DNA of 24,307 nt from a virus (taxonomy: Duplodnaviria > Caudoviricetes): IMG/VR virus record IMGVR_UViG_3300036815_000036, positions 1-24,307 of that record. One strand, 5' to 3'. Of this stretch, positions 14,704 to 21,983 are shown piece by piece. Positions within the stretch are counted from its first letter, which is position 1. Each line of letters opens with the position of its first letter. A program made the translations under genes and the position numbers. Under the pieces are notes generated by a model that was not told the origin of the DNA, ran no database searches, and saw only the letters and a list, made by a program, of their open reading frames with translations.

Positions 14704-14828
14704 TCAGAGGCGGCCTGGTGGGCGGCGTGATGGGGGCGCTGGCCGCGCTGGCGGGAATCTCGCTGCCGGCGGCGATCCTGCTGGCGTTCTGCGCGGGCCT
14801 GCTAGTGGCGATGGGCTCACCGCCATGA
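14700..14828 (+). CDS. 42-aa hydrophobic membrane peptide
   Basis: ATGA overlap at both ends; MIRGGLVGGVMGALAALAGISLPAAILLAFCAGLLVAMGSPP. Confidence 0.55.
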   Translation: MIRGGLVGGVMGALAALAGISLPAAILLAFCAGLLVAMGSPP

Positions 14829-15043
14829 GGGCCTTGCTGCGGTTGCTGGCCCGGAGGTGTCCGGTCCACGATGTGGCCGCGCCGCCGCTGGTGGTCGCGG
14901 AGATGGAGGCGGCGCTGGGTATCGACGCCCGAGCGGTCGCCCGGGTGTGGGCCGAGTGCGCGCCCGGCATCCCCGACCATTACGACCCGGCGCTGCTGGA
15001 CTGCGGCCGGGGCTGGTGCCAGAGACGGAGGTGGTCGCGGTGA
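14825..15043 (+). CDS. 72-aa hypothetical protein with four Cys
   Basis: ATGA and GTGA overlaps with both neighbours. Confidence 0.55.
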   Translation: MRALLRLLARRCPVHDVAAPPLVVAEMEAALGIDARAVARVWAECAPGIPDHYDPALLDCGRGWCQRRRWSR

Positions 15044-15510
15044 CCTGGGCGACCACGGCCCCGGCGGCGATCCAGGCGCTGTGGCAGGCCACGGTGAACG
15101 AGGCGGCGCTGAACCCGGACCCGGGGCTGGACATCCGCAACGGCACCACCCTGAACAACGGGTCGGCGCTGCGGGTGATCTCGATCGGCTACATGGGGCC
15201 TGATGACGACGCCGTAACCGAGGGCACCATGGCGTCCGGCGACGTGGGCGGGTCCTCCGATGAGGAGACCTACCAGATCCACTGCACGGCGGCGGGGCTG
15301 GTCGGCACATCCGACCCGGTGGCTGACCGCAACGTGGTGTTCGCCCTGATGGGCATCGTCGGCGCCGCGATCAGCCGGGACCGGAAGCTGGGCGGCACGG
15401 TGGCGGGGGCGCGGATCATCACGTGGGCGCTGCGGGAGGACCAGACCACCGGCGGCCTGGAGGCGCGGCTGCGGTTCGACGTGGAGGTGCGGGCGTTCAC
15501 CACCCGGTGA
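15040..15510 (+). CDS. Putative tail terminator / tail completion protein
   Basis: RBS GGAGG 15027-15031, GTG 15040; EETYQIHC...AISRDRKLGGTV...LRFDVEVRAF; position before the tail tube gene. Confidence 0.7.
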   Translation: MTWATTAPAAIQALWQATVNEAALNPDPGLDIRNGTTLNNGSALRVISIGYMGPDDDAVTEGTMASGDVGGSSDEETYQIHCTAAGLVGTSDPVADRNVVFALMGIVGAAISRDRKLGGTVAGARIITWALREDQTTGGLEARLRFDVEVRAFTTR

Positions 15511-15701
15511 GCCCCAGGCAGGCCGCTGGGCCTTGCTGACGGCGCCTGCCACTGGGGGAACCCAACGGCCAGCCTGGGCGCCGGGCGGGCGGCGAGCACC
15601 AAGCAGAAGCGGTGTGGTGGGCAGCCCGGCCGAAGGTTTCACACCTCGCCTGATCCGGCTCGCTCAGCTTCGCGCAGGCCACCCGTGGCTTTCCCGCCCG
15701 G
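15511..15701. ncRNA. Candidate structured RNA element in the intergenic region
   Basis: Two multi-helix domains identified by complementary segments (see findings); no known family recognised. Confidence 0.4.
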
Positions 15702-15726
15702 ACCGACCACAGTACAGGAGACCCAC

Positions 15727-16092
15727 ATGGGCGCACCACTGACACCCCAGGCGTTCAGCCACAACGGCGGCGCGATTGCCTACACCACCACGGCGTCTGG
15801 GACGCCGCTGGCCGCGACCGCGAACACGGCGCCGTGCGGGCAGAACCTGGCCCTGCTGATCAAGAACGCGTCAGGGTCATCCATCAACGTGCAGCTGACC
15901 GTCCCGGCGGCGGTGACGGCGGACGGCATGGCGGTGACGACGCCGTTTGTGGTCGCGGTCGCCAACGGCGCTGATGCGATCATTCCGCTGCCCTCCATCC
16001 GGTACGCCGACCCGGTGACGGGGCTGGCGACGTTCGGGTTCTCCGCGACACCCACGTCTGTCTCTGCGGCGTGCATCACCACACAGGGCTAG
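15727..16092 (+). CDS. 121-aa putative virion structural protein
   Basis: RBS AGGAG 15716-15720, ATG 15727; LLIKNASGSSINV...YADPVTG. Confidence 0.75.
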   Translation: MGAPLTPQAFSHNGGAIAYTTTASGTPLAATANTAPCGQNLALLIKNASGSSINVQLTVPAAVTADGMAVTTPFVVAVANGADAIIPLPSIRYADPVTGLATFGFSATPTSVSAACITTQG

Positions 16093-16104
16093 AGGAGGCC
16101 GGTC

Positions 16105-16374
16105 ATGGAGCCAGGGTTCGTCAAGATCATCCACCCGGAGTCGGGTGGCATCGCCGAGGTGTACGAGGGCGGGCTGGGCCAGTGGTACGCGGGCGGGTGG
16201 ACGCGGCTGACCGAGGACAACGCGCCGCCTGCCGAACCGGCGCCCGGGGAGCCCGCGCCGATGACCAAGGCCGAGGCCGCAGCGAAGGCGGCCGAGAAGA
16301 CAGAGGACCACGGCAGGGCCGGTGGCCGCAGGAGATCAGCCGCCCACAGTGGCGACGGAGAACCCAAGGAGTGA
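16105..16374 (+). CDS. Small hypothetical phage protein
   Basis: RBS GAGGAGG; VKIIHP...W..GGW followed by a low-complexity tail. Confidence 0.7.
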   Translation: MEPGFVKIIHPESGGIAEVYEGGLGQWYAGGWTRLTEDNAPPAEPAPGEPAPMTKAEAAAKAAEKTEDHGRAGGRRRSAAHSGDGEPKE

Positions 16375-16377
16375 CTG

Positions 16378-16863
16378 ATGGCACCCACACCACTGAACGT
16401 CACCAACCGGTACGTGCCGGAAGGCACCAGGAAGATCTACTGGATGCCCACGATCGCGGGATACCTGACCGGCGCGACGCGTACTGAGATCAACGCGGGC
16501 ATCGACCTGACCAATGAGTGCACCCTGGTGGCCGGGTTCACCGTCGCCTCCGAGGCGCTGGACGTGCCTGATCTGTCGGGGCGGTTCACCGGCACGATCC
16601 CGGGCCGGATCACCGCCGCCGCGTCGTCGCTGACGTTCTACGCGGACTCCGGGTCGAACGACGTGCGGACGGTGCTGCCCCGTGACACGGCAGGGTTTGT
16701 CGCGCTGCTGTGGGAGGGGGACGTGGCCGGCCGCAAGTACGACATTTTCCCTGTGAAGGTGTCGGCGTCGTTCCTCATGACCGACCCGAACAACCCGGAG
16801 CAGATCGAGGTGGACTTTACCGTCACCAAGGTCCCGGCCCAGAACCTGACCGTCCCGGCCTAG
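16378..16863 (+). CDS. Major tail (tube) protein
   Basis: RKIYWMPTIA...TRTEINAGIDLT...VPDLSGRFTGTIPGR...YDIFPVKV, resembling actinophage tail tube proteins; precedes the chaperone gene; RBS AAGGAG. Confidence 0.88.
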   Translation: MAPTPLNVTNRYVPEGTRKIYWMPTIAGYLTGATRTEINAGIDLTNECTLVAGFTVASEALDVPDLSGRFTGTIPGRITAAASSLTFYADSGSNDVRTVLPRDTAGFVALLWEGDVAGRKYDIFPVKVSASFLMTDPNNPEQIEVDFTVTKVPAQNLTVPA

Positions 16864-16895
16864 CGGCCGGGCTTAACGAGAGAGGAAGTACCGAG

Positions 16896-17303
16896 ATGGC
16901 GTTGCTGTCCCACGACGACATCCTTGCGGTAGATGACCGGCCGGTGGAGAAGCTGCCGGTCCCGGAGTGGGGAGGCGAGGTGATGGTCCGGGGCCTGGAC
17001 GGCACCGGCCGCGATGAATACTTCGCCTCCATGACGGTGATACGCGGCACCGGGCCCAACGCCCGGCCGGTGATGGATACCGCCAACGCCACGGCCAAGC
17101 TGGTGGCCCGCTGCATCGTGGACGAGGCCGGGGAGCCGATGTTCACGCAGCAGGAGGTGGCCGTGCTGGGGCAGAAATCCGGCGTCGCCCTGGACCGGGT
17201 GTTCGCCCTGGCGCAGCAGATGTCGGGCCTGTCCGATGAGGACATGGCCGAACTGGGAAAAGGTTCGACAGCCACCCAGAACGGGGACTCTACTTCCGCA
17301 TAG
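16896..17303 (+). CDS. Tail assembly chaperone (gpG-like)
   Basis: RBS GAGAGGA, ATG 16896; LLSHDDIL...VPEWGGEVMVRGL...LVARCIVDEAGEPMF. Confidence 0.88.
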   Translation: MALLSHDDILAVDDRPVEKLPVPEWGGEVMVRGLDGTGRDEYFASMTVIRGTGPNARPVMDTANATAKLVARCIVDEAGEPMFTQQEVAVLGQKSGVALDRVFALAQQMSGLSDEDMAELGKGSTATQNGDSTSA

Positions 17304-17494
17304 CCGCCGAGGTGACGCACACCTCGGTGGCGAACACGCTGGCGATGATGTCCAGCCGGGAGATCTCGGAGTGGCTGATCTTGTTCGAGCGGGCGGACGC
17401 GGCGTCGGCTGAGGCGCAGGCACCGGCGGCCGGCAAGCCGCAGCCGAACCTAAGAGGAACCGGCAAGCCGCAGCCGAACCTGAGAGGAACCTAG
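17255..17494 (+). CDS. -1 frameshift extension of the chaperone (gpGT-like)
   Basis: Slippery G GGA AAA at 17255-17261; the -1 frame reads KRFDSHPERGLYFRIAAEVTHTSV...MSSREISEW to the stop at 17494. Confidence 0.85.
   Translation, partial: GKRFDSHPERGLYFRIAAEVTHTSVANTLAMMSSREISEWLILFERADAASAEAQAPAAGKPQPNLRGTGKPQPNLRGT
17431..17490 (+). repeat. 30-bp tandem duplication (2 copies, 1 mismatch)
   Basis: cggcaagccgcagccgaacct(a/g)agaggaac x2; encodes GKPQPNLRGT x2. Confidence 0.95.
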
Positions 17495-18064
17495 ATGGCC
17501 ACGGTGATCACCGGCTCCGGCGTGCGGGACATGCGGGAGCTAGCGGTGAAGCTCCGCGCGGCGGACCCGAAGATGAAGCGGGACCTGCGGCGCAACTTCC
17601 GGCAGCTGGCCGCCCCGCTCGTCCGCGACGTGCAGGCGGCGATCCTGGCGATGCCGTCTAAGGATGGGCCGCCGAAGGAGGGCGGCCTGCGGGATGACAT
17701 CGCCAAAACGGTGTCCGCATCCACCACGATCAGTAAGAGCGGGATACGGCTGGACATCGTGTCGCTGGGGTCGCGGATGCCGCCTGGTGAGGATTCGCTG
17801 CCGAAGCACACGGACTCGGCGCGCGGGTGGGCGCACCCGGTGTTCGCGCGGGGGGAGCGGTTCCGGCTGGGGCCGTCGCGGGCGCGGAAGTATCAGAGCC
17901 GCCCGGCCGGTGAGGTGCCGCTGGTGCACTTTGGCCGGTGGACGTGGGTGCGGGAGGAGGGCCGCCCGCAGTGGTTCGAGGGGCCTATCGGGAACCGGGC
18001 CAGGGACGTGCAGGCGGCGGCGCAGGCCGCCATGGACAGCACGGCCCGGATGCTGGAGTCTTAA
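17495..18064 (+). CDS. HK97 gp10-like neck/tail completion protein (putative)
   Basis: Basic protein: ITGSGVRDMRELAVKLR...GGLRDDI...RPQWFEGPI...AMDSTARML. Confidence 0.65.
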   Translation: MATVITGSGVRDMRELAVKLRAADPKMKRDLRRNFRQLAAPLVRDVQAAILAMPSKDGPPKEGGLRDDIAKTVSASTTISKSGIRLDIVSLGSRMPPGEDSLPKHTDSARGWAHPVFARGERFRLGPSRARKYQSRPAGEVPLVHFGRWTWVREEGRPQWFEGPIGNRARDVQAAAQAAMDSTARMLES

Positions 18065-18609
18065 CCGCCCGGGGGAACCGGGTCCTGGCCGGAACGGCCG
18101 TACACGCCGATTTCGCCGAGGATGCGGTCGCGGATCTGCTGGACCTGTTCGCTGGTCAGATCCTGCAAGCCGACGCGGACGTTGGCGGCGATCAGCGCGG
18201 CGATCACCGGTGTGGGCTGGCCACGGGTGACAGCGCCGCCGTCGGCGCTGGTCAGCTGCCGGGTGATCTCGGCTTCCACCATGGCCATCAGGGTCAGATC
18301 CTCGTGGTCGGTTTCCCCGGGCCGCTTCCCGCCGGCGGCCACGATGCGCTCACGGGCGTAGCGGCGGATCTCGTCCTCGGTCACGTCCTGCATCAGGGCG
18401 CGGGTCGCGGCCATGACCAGGCCGCCCTGGTCGGCCTGGTCAATCAGCGTTTCGGCGATCAGCTGGCCGAGGGTGATCGTGCGCCACACCGGCTCGTGGT
18501 CGTACTCGTCATCATCGGCGTAGCTCGGGCGGGTCAGGTCCAGAGTCTTCACAGCCGTAGACAAGTCGATCGGCATGTGCAGGGTCACGGTCGCTTCGGG
18601 GATCGGCAC
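18061..18609 (-). CDS. 182-aa antisense moron-like hypothetical protein
   Basis: GGAGG RBS 6 nt before the GTG; fills a + strand gap; stop codons overlap at TTAA. Confidence 0.75.
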   Translation of the reverse strand: MPIPEATVTLHMPIDLSTAVKTLDLTRPSYADDDEYDHEPVWRTITLGQLIAETLIDQADQGGLVMAATRALMQDVTEDEIRRYARERIVAAGGKRPGETDHEDLTLMAMVEAEITRQLTSADGGAVTRGQPTPVIAALIAANVRVGLQDLTSEQVQQIRDRILGEIGVYGRSGQDPVPPGG

Positions 18610-18792
18610 GCGGGTCCTCCGCTCGTTCGGGCCGGGAGTGTCACCCCAGGCTAGCGGAACCGGCCGCCGCTGAGCCTGCCCTGGCCGCTGTCAGCCTCGC
18701 GCCGCCCCCGGGTGGCCCCGTAGTGCCGGAAGCGCTTCGGAGCCCCCTGGGGGCTGTTACACGTCCACCGACTGTTTACGGAGGGAGCACCG

Positions 18793-21700
18793 ATGGCCAC
18801 GACGCTGCGGTTCGTGCTCCTCGGTGACGACCGGGCCGGGCAAGCCTTTGACCGGTTCGCCAAGTCCGTGGACCGGGCCAACACGTCGGTGGCCCGTAAT
18901 GAGGTGGCGCTGGGAAAGCAGTCCAAGGCCAGCAAGGACGCGCAGGGTGGCCTGTTCAAGCTGATCGGCACCGTGACCGGGTTCGGCGACGCGGGCACGG
19001 CCGCGTCTAAGAAGACAAGCCTGCTGCCGAAGATCATCGCCGGGATTGGGCTGGCGACCGGCCCGGCCGAGGCGGCCATCTCGGCGCTGACGGTTTCAAC
19101 CGGGTCGCTGGTCACGGGGCTGACCGCAGCCGGTGTGGGCCTGGCCGCGTACGGCGCTGCCGCGCTGCCACTCATGACCCAGGTCCAGCTGCTGCTGCAC
19201 AAGCAGCAGCTGGCCCTCAATGGGACCAAGGCGGCTCAGCAGGCATATCAGCGGCAACTGGCCGCGACGCCGAAGCCGATCCGCGATTTCGCCACCGCGC
19301 TGGCCGCGACACATAAGGAGTACCAGAACTGGGCCACCTCGCTGGCGCGGCCGGTGCTGGCTCCGCTCTATGAGGGGCTGAAGATCGTCAACCCGCTGCT
19401 GAAGGCCATGCGCCCGTTTGTGCGGGAGGCGGCGGCGGCTCTGCTGGACTTGACCACCCAGGCGGTGCGGGCGGTCAAGTCGAGCGGGTTCCAGCAGTGG
19501 CTGTGGAACATGCGCCCGCTGGTGTATCCGGTGCTGACCGAGCTTGGGAAGGCGCTCGGCAACGTCGTGGTCGGGTTCGGGCACATTACGGAGGCGTTTG
19601 CCCCGTTCGCGCTCGGCATCTTCCAGGGCCTGGACAAGCTGACGGGCAAGTTCCGTTCCTGGTCGGCGGACCTGGGGCAGCACTCCGGGTTCCAGGCCAT
19701 GATCAGTCAGTGGCGGAACTCGTGGCCTGCGGTGAAGCTGGCCATGGGGCAGGCCCTGGGGATCATCGTCAACATCGTCAAGGCGTGGTCGTCCATGGTC
19801 ACCGGCGGCAACTCTAAGTGGCTGTGGAACGTGGCCAACCCGCTGCTGGCGCTGCTGAAGGCGCTGTCGGGGAACCCTGCGCTGGTCCAGCTGTTCACCT
19901 ACCTGTACTTGATCGGCCGGGGCGCCAAGCAGATCACGGGCGTGTTCGAGTCGATCAAGTCCGGGTGGGAGGGCGTGACCAAGTTCCTGTCCCTGGTGTC
20001 GGGGGGGAAGATCCAGCTGGGCATGCAGTCCGCTGCGGACACGATGGTGGGCGCGTCGGAGAACATGCAGCGCGCGGCCGACACGATGGCCGGTGCCAGC
20101 GCGGGCGGCGCGGCCGGTGGCGCGGAAGCCGGGGCAGCTGGCGCGGCGGGCGCGGCGAGCCGCACCGGCAGCATCATCCGGGGTGTCGGCATCGCTGCCG
20201 CTATCGCGGCGGTGGCGGGGCAGATCATCGGCGCCATATCCCCGCAGTCGGGCAAGTCGGGGCTGGCGAACTACCGCCGAAACGTGCCGGGGTGGCTGCA
20301 AGGAATCGGTGGCGCGGCGTTCGGCGGGTCGCAGCACGCGGCCAACCTGTACGCGGCGCTGCCCGGCCCGGCGCCGGGCCAGCAGGGGCCGCTGCGGTCG
20401 GCGTGGGATGCGCTGTTCGGCGGTGGCCGCGCGGTCACGTCCACCACGGTGGGCGGCCTGCCCCGGTCGCTGGCGATGCCGCAGCAAAACGCGGGGTTCT
20501 TTGCCAAAACGTGGTCCTCGGCGTATGAGGGGTTCCAGCGCGGGTTCGCTGGGCCGCTGACGCACTGGTTCACGGTGTCGCTGCCGCAGTTCTTTACCCG
20601 GGGCATCCCGTCAAAGTGGTCGTGGCTGTATGAGGCGTTCCAGCGGGACGCGGCGGGACCGGTCACCGCCTGGTTCACCCGGCTGCCGTCGCGGGTCAGG
20701 GGATGGCTGGCGTCCGCTGGCCGCTGGCTGCTCGCCGGAGGCCGCAACGTCGTGGGCGGCTTGTGGTCGGGAATGCAGGACACCTGGTCGGTGGTGGCCC
20801 ACTGGTGGGGTGGCTTCCGGGCGCGGATGGTCGGGTATTTCGCGCGGGCTGTCGGCTGGCTGACCAGCAAGGGCCAGGACGTGGTGACCGGGCTGTGGCA
20901 CGGCATCCGCGACGTGTGGAACACCGTGTCCCGCTGGTTCGATGGCATGTCAAGCCGGATCTCCGGCTACTTCCGTGGCGCGGTCGGCTGGCTGGCCGGT
21001 TCCGGGCGGAACGTGATCCTCGGGTTCATGAACGGCATCCGCGACAAGATCACGGGGATTGCCTCGTGGATCAACGCCAATGTCGTCCAGCCGGTGATCC
21101 ATGCGGTCGAACACTACTTCGGCATCCACTCGCCGTCGCAGGTGATGTTCGGCCTGGGGTCCAACGTCACTCTCGGTCTGCTGCACGGGATCATGTCCCA
21201 CAATCCGCTCTCGGTGGTGCGGAAAGTGTTCGGCACGTTGCCGCAGGCGCTCGTGCACCTGGTGGAAAAGGGCCTGGTGTCGCTGTCGTCGCTGCCGGGC
21301 CGGGCGCTGCACGCGCTGTCTGGGCTCGGCGGTGCGATTGAAAACCTGTTCGGGTTCGGCGGTGGCAGCGGCGGTGTCGGGGTGGCGCGGTGGGCGGGCC
21401 TGGTCAGGCAGGTGCTTGCGATGCTGGGCCAGCCCGCCGGCGCCCTGGGCATCGTGCTGTCGCAGATGAACACCGAGTCGGGCGGCAACCCCCGGGCCAT
21501 AAATCTCAGCGACATCAACGCCCAGATGGGCGACCCGTCGCGGGGCCTGATGCAGACGATCATGTCTACGTTCCTGGCGTACGCGGGGCCGTTCGCCCGG
21601 CTGGGGATCTACAACCCGCTGGCCAACATCTACGCCGGGCTGAACTACGCGATCCACAGGTATGGCGCTCGCGGGTGGATGTCGGTGCTGGGCCACGGCC

Positions 21701-21978
21701 ACGGGTACGAGTCCGGCGCGTGGCGGGTGCCGAAGACCGGCCCGGCGCTGATCCACGCCAACGAGATGATCCTGCCCGCAGCCCTGGCCGAGGCGGTCCG
21801 TACGGCGCTGGGCGCAGGTGCCAGCGGTGATGTGGTTGCCGCGATCAAGGCGATGCACGCCGACGTGGCGCGGCTGCTGGCCTCCGGGCCGGCCAAGACC
21901 GCCGGCGGGGTGACCAATTCGCTGAACCGGTCCGCGCGGCGGGCCGGTTATTCCGGGCTGTACGGGACGGAGGGTTAA
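18793..21978 (+). CDS. Tape measure protein with C-terminal SLT-type lytic transglycosylase
   Basis: Long helical protein with periodic W/F; FGIHSPS; TESGGNP (catalytic Glu 21475-21477), GLMQ, NIYAGLNYAIHRYG. Confidence 0.95.
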   Translation: MATTLRFVLLGDDRAGQAFDRFAKSVDRANTSVARNEVALGKQSKASKDAQGGLFKLIGTVTGFGDAGTAASKKTSLLPKIIAGIGLATGPAEAAISALTVSTGSLVTGLTAAGVGLAAYGAAALPLMTQVQLLLHKQQLALNGTKAAQQAYQRQLAATPKPIRDFATALAATHKEYQNWATSLARPVLAPLYEGLKIVNPLLKAMRPFVREAAAALLDLTTQAVRAVKSSGFQQWLWNMRPLVYPVLTELGKALGNVVVGFGHITEAFAPFALGIFQGLDKLTGKFRSWSADLGQHSGFQAMISQWRNSWPAVKLAMGQALGIIVNIVKAWSSMVTGGNSKWLWNVANPLLALLKALSGNPALVQLFTYLYLIGRGAKQITGVFESIKSGWEGVTKFLSLVSGGKIQLGMQSAADTMVGASENMQRAADTMAGASAGGAAGGAEAGAAGAAGAASRTGSIIRGVGIAAAIAAVAGQIIGAISPQSGKSGLANYRRNVPGWLQGIGGAAFGGSQHAANLYAALPGPAPGQQGPLRSAWDALFGGGRAVTSTTVGGLPRSLAMPQQNAGFFAKTWSSAYEGFQRGFAGPLTHWFTVSLPQFFTRGIPSKWSWLYEAFQRDAAGPVTAWFTRLPSRVRGWLASAGRWLLAGGRNVVGGLWSGMQDTWSVVAHWWGGFRARMVGYFARAVGWLTSKGQDVVTGLWHGIRDVWNTVSRWFDGMSSRISGYFRGAVGWLAGSGRNVILGFMNGIRDKITGIASWINANVVQPVIHAVEHYFGIHSPSQVMFGLGSNVTLGLLHGIMSHNPLSVVRKVFGTLPQALVHLVEKGLVSLSSLPGRALHALSGLGGAIENLFGFGGGSGGVGVARWAGLVRQVLAMLGQPAGALGIVLSQMNTESGGNPRAINLSDINAQMGDPSRGLMQTIMSTFLAYAGPFARLGIYNPLANIYAGLNYAIHRYGARGWMSVLGHGHGYESGAWRVPKTGPALIHANEMILPAALAEAVRTALGAGASGDVVAAIKAMHADVARLLASGPAKTAGGVTNSLNRSARRAGYSGLYGTEG

Positions 21979-21983
21979 ACCAG

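Noticed and set aside
13899-14828. 309-aa + strand ORF overlapping the adaptor
   Set aside because: Alternative-frame read-through; only its last 42 codons (from ATG 14700) look like a real gene.
14700-14828. Holin call for the hydrophobic peptide
   Set aside because: No adjacent endolysin and no charged C-terminal tail; insufficient support.
15590-15665. SRP RNA, tRNA or hammerhead identity for the structured region
   Set aside because: AAGCAG is present but there is no SRP helix-8 arrangement, no cloverleaf or T-loop, and no CUGAnGA core.
17431-17490. Possible CRISPR-like repeat
   Set aside because: Only two adjacent copies, no spacer and no cas genes.
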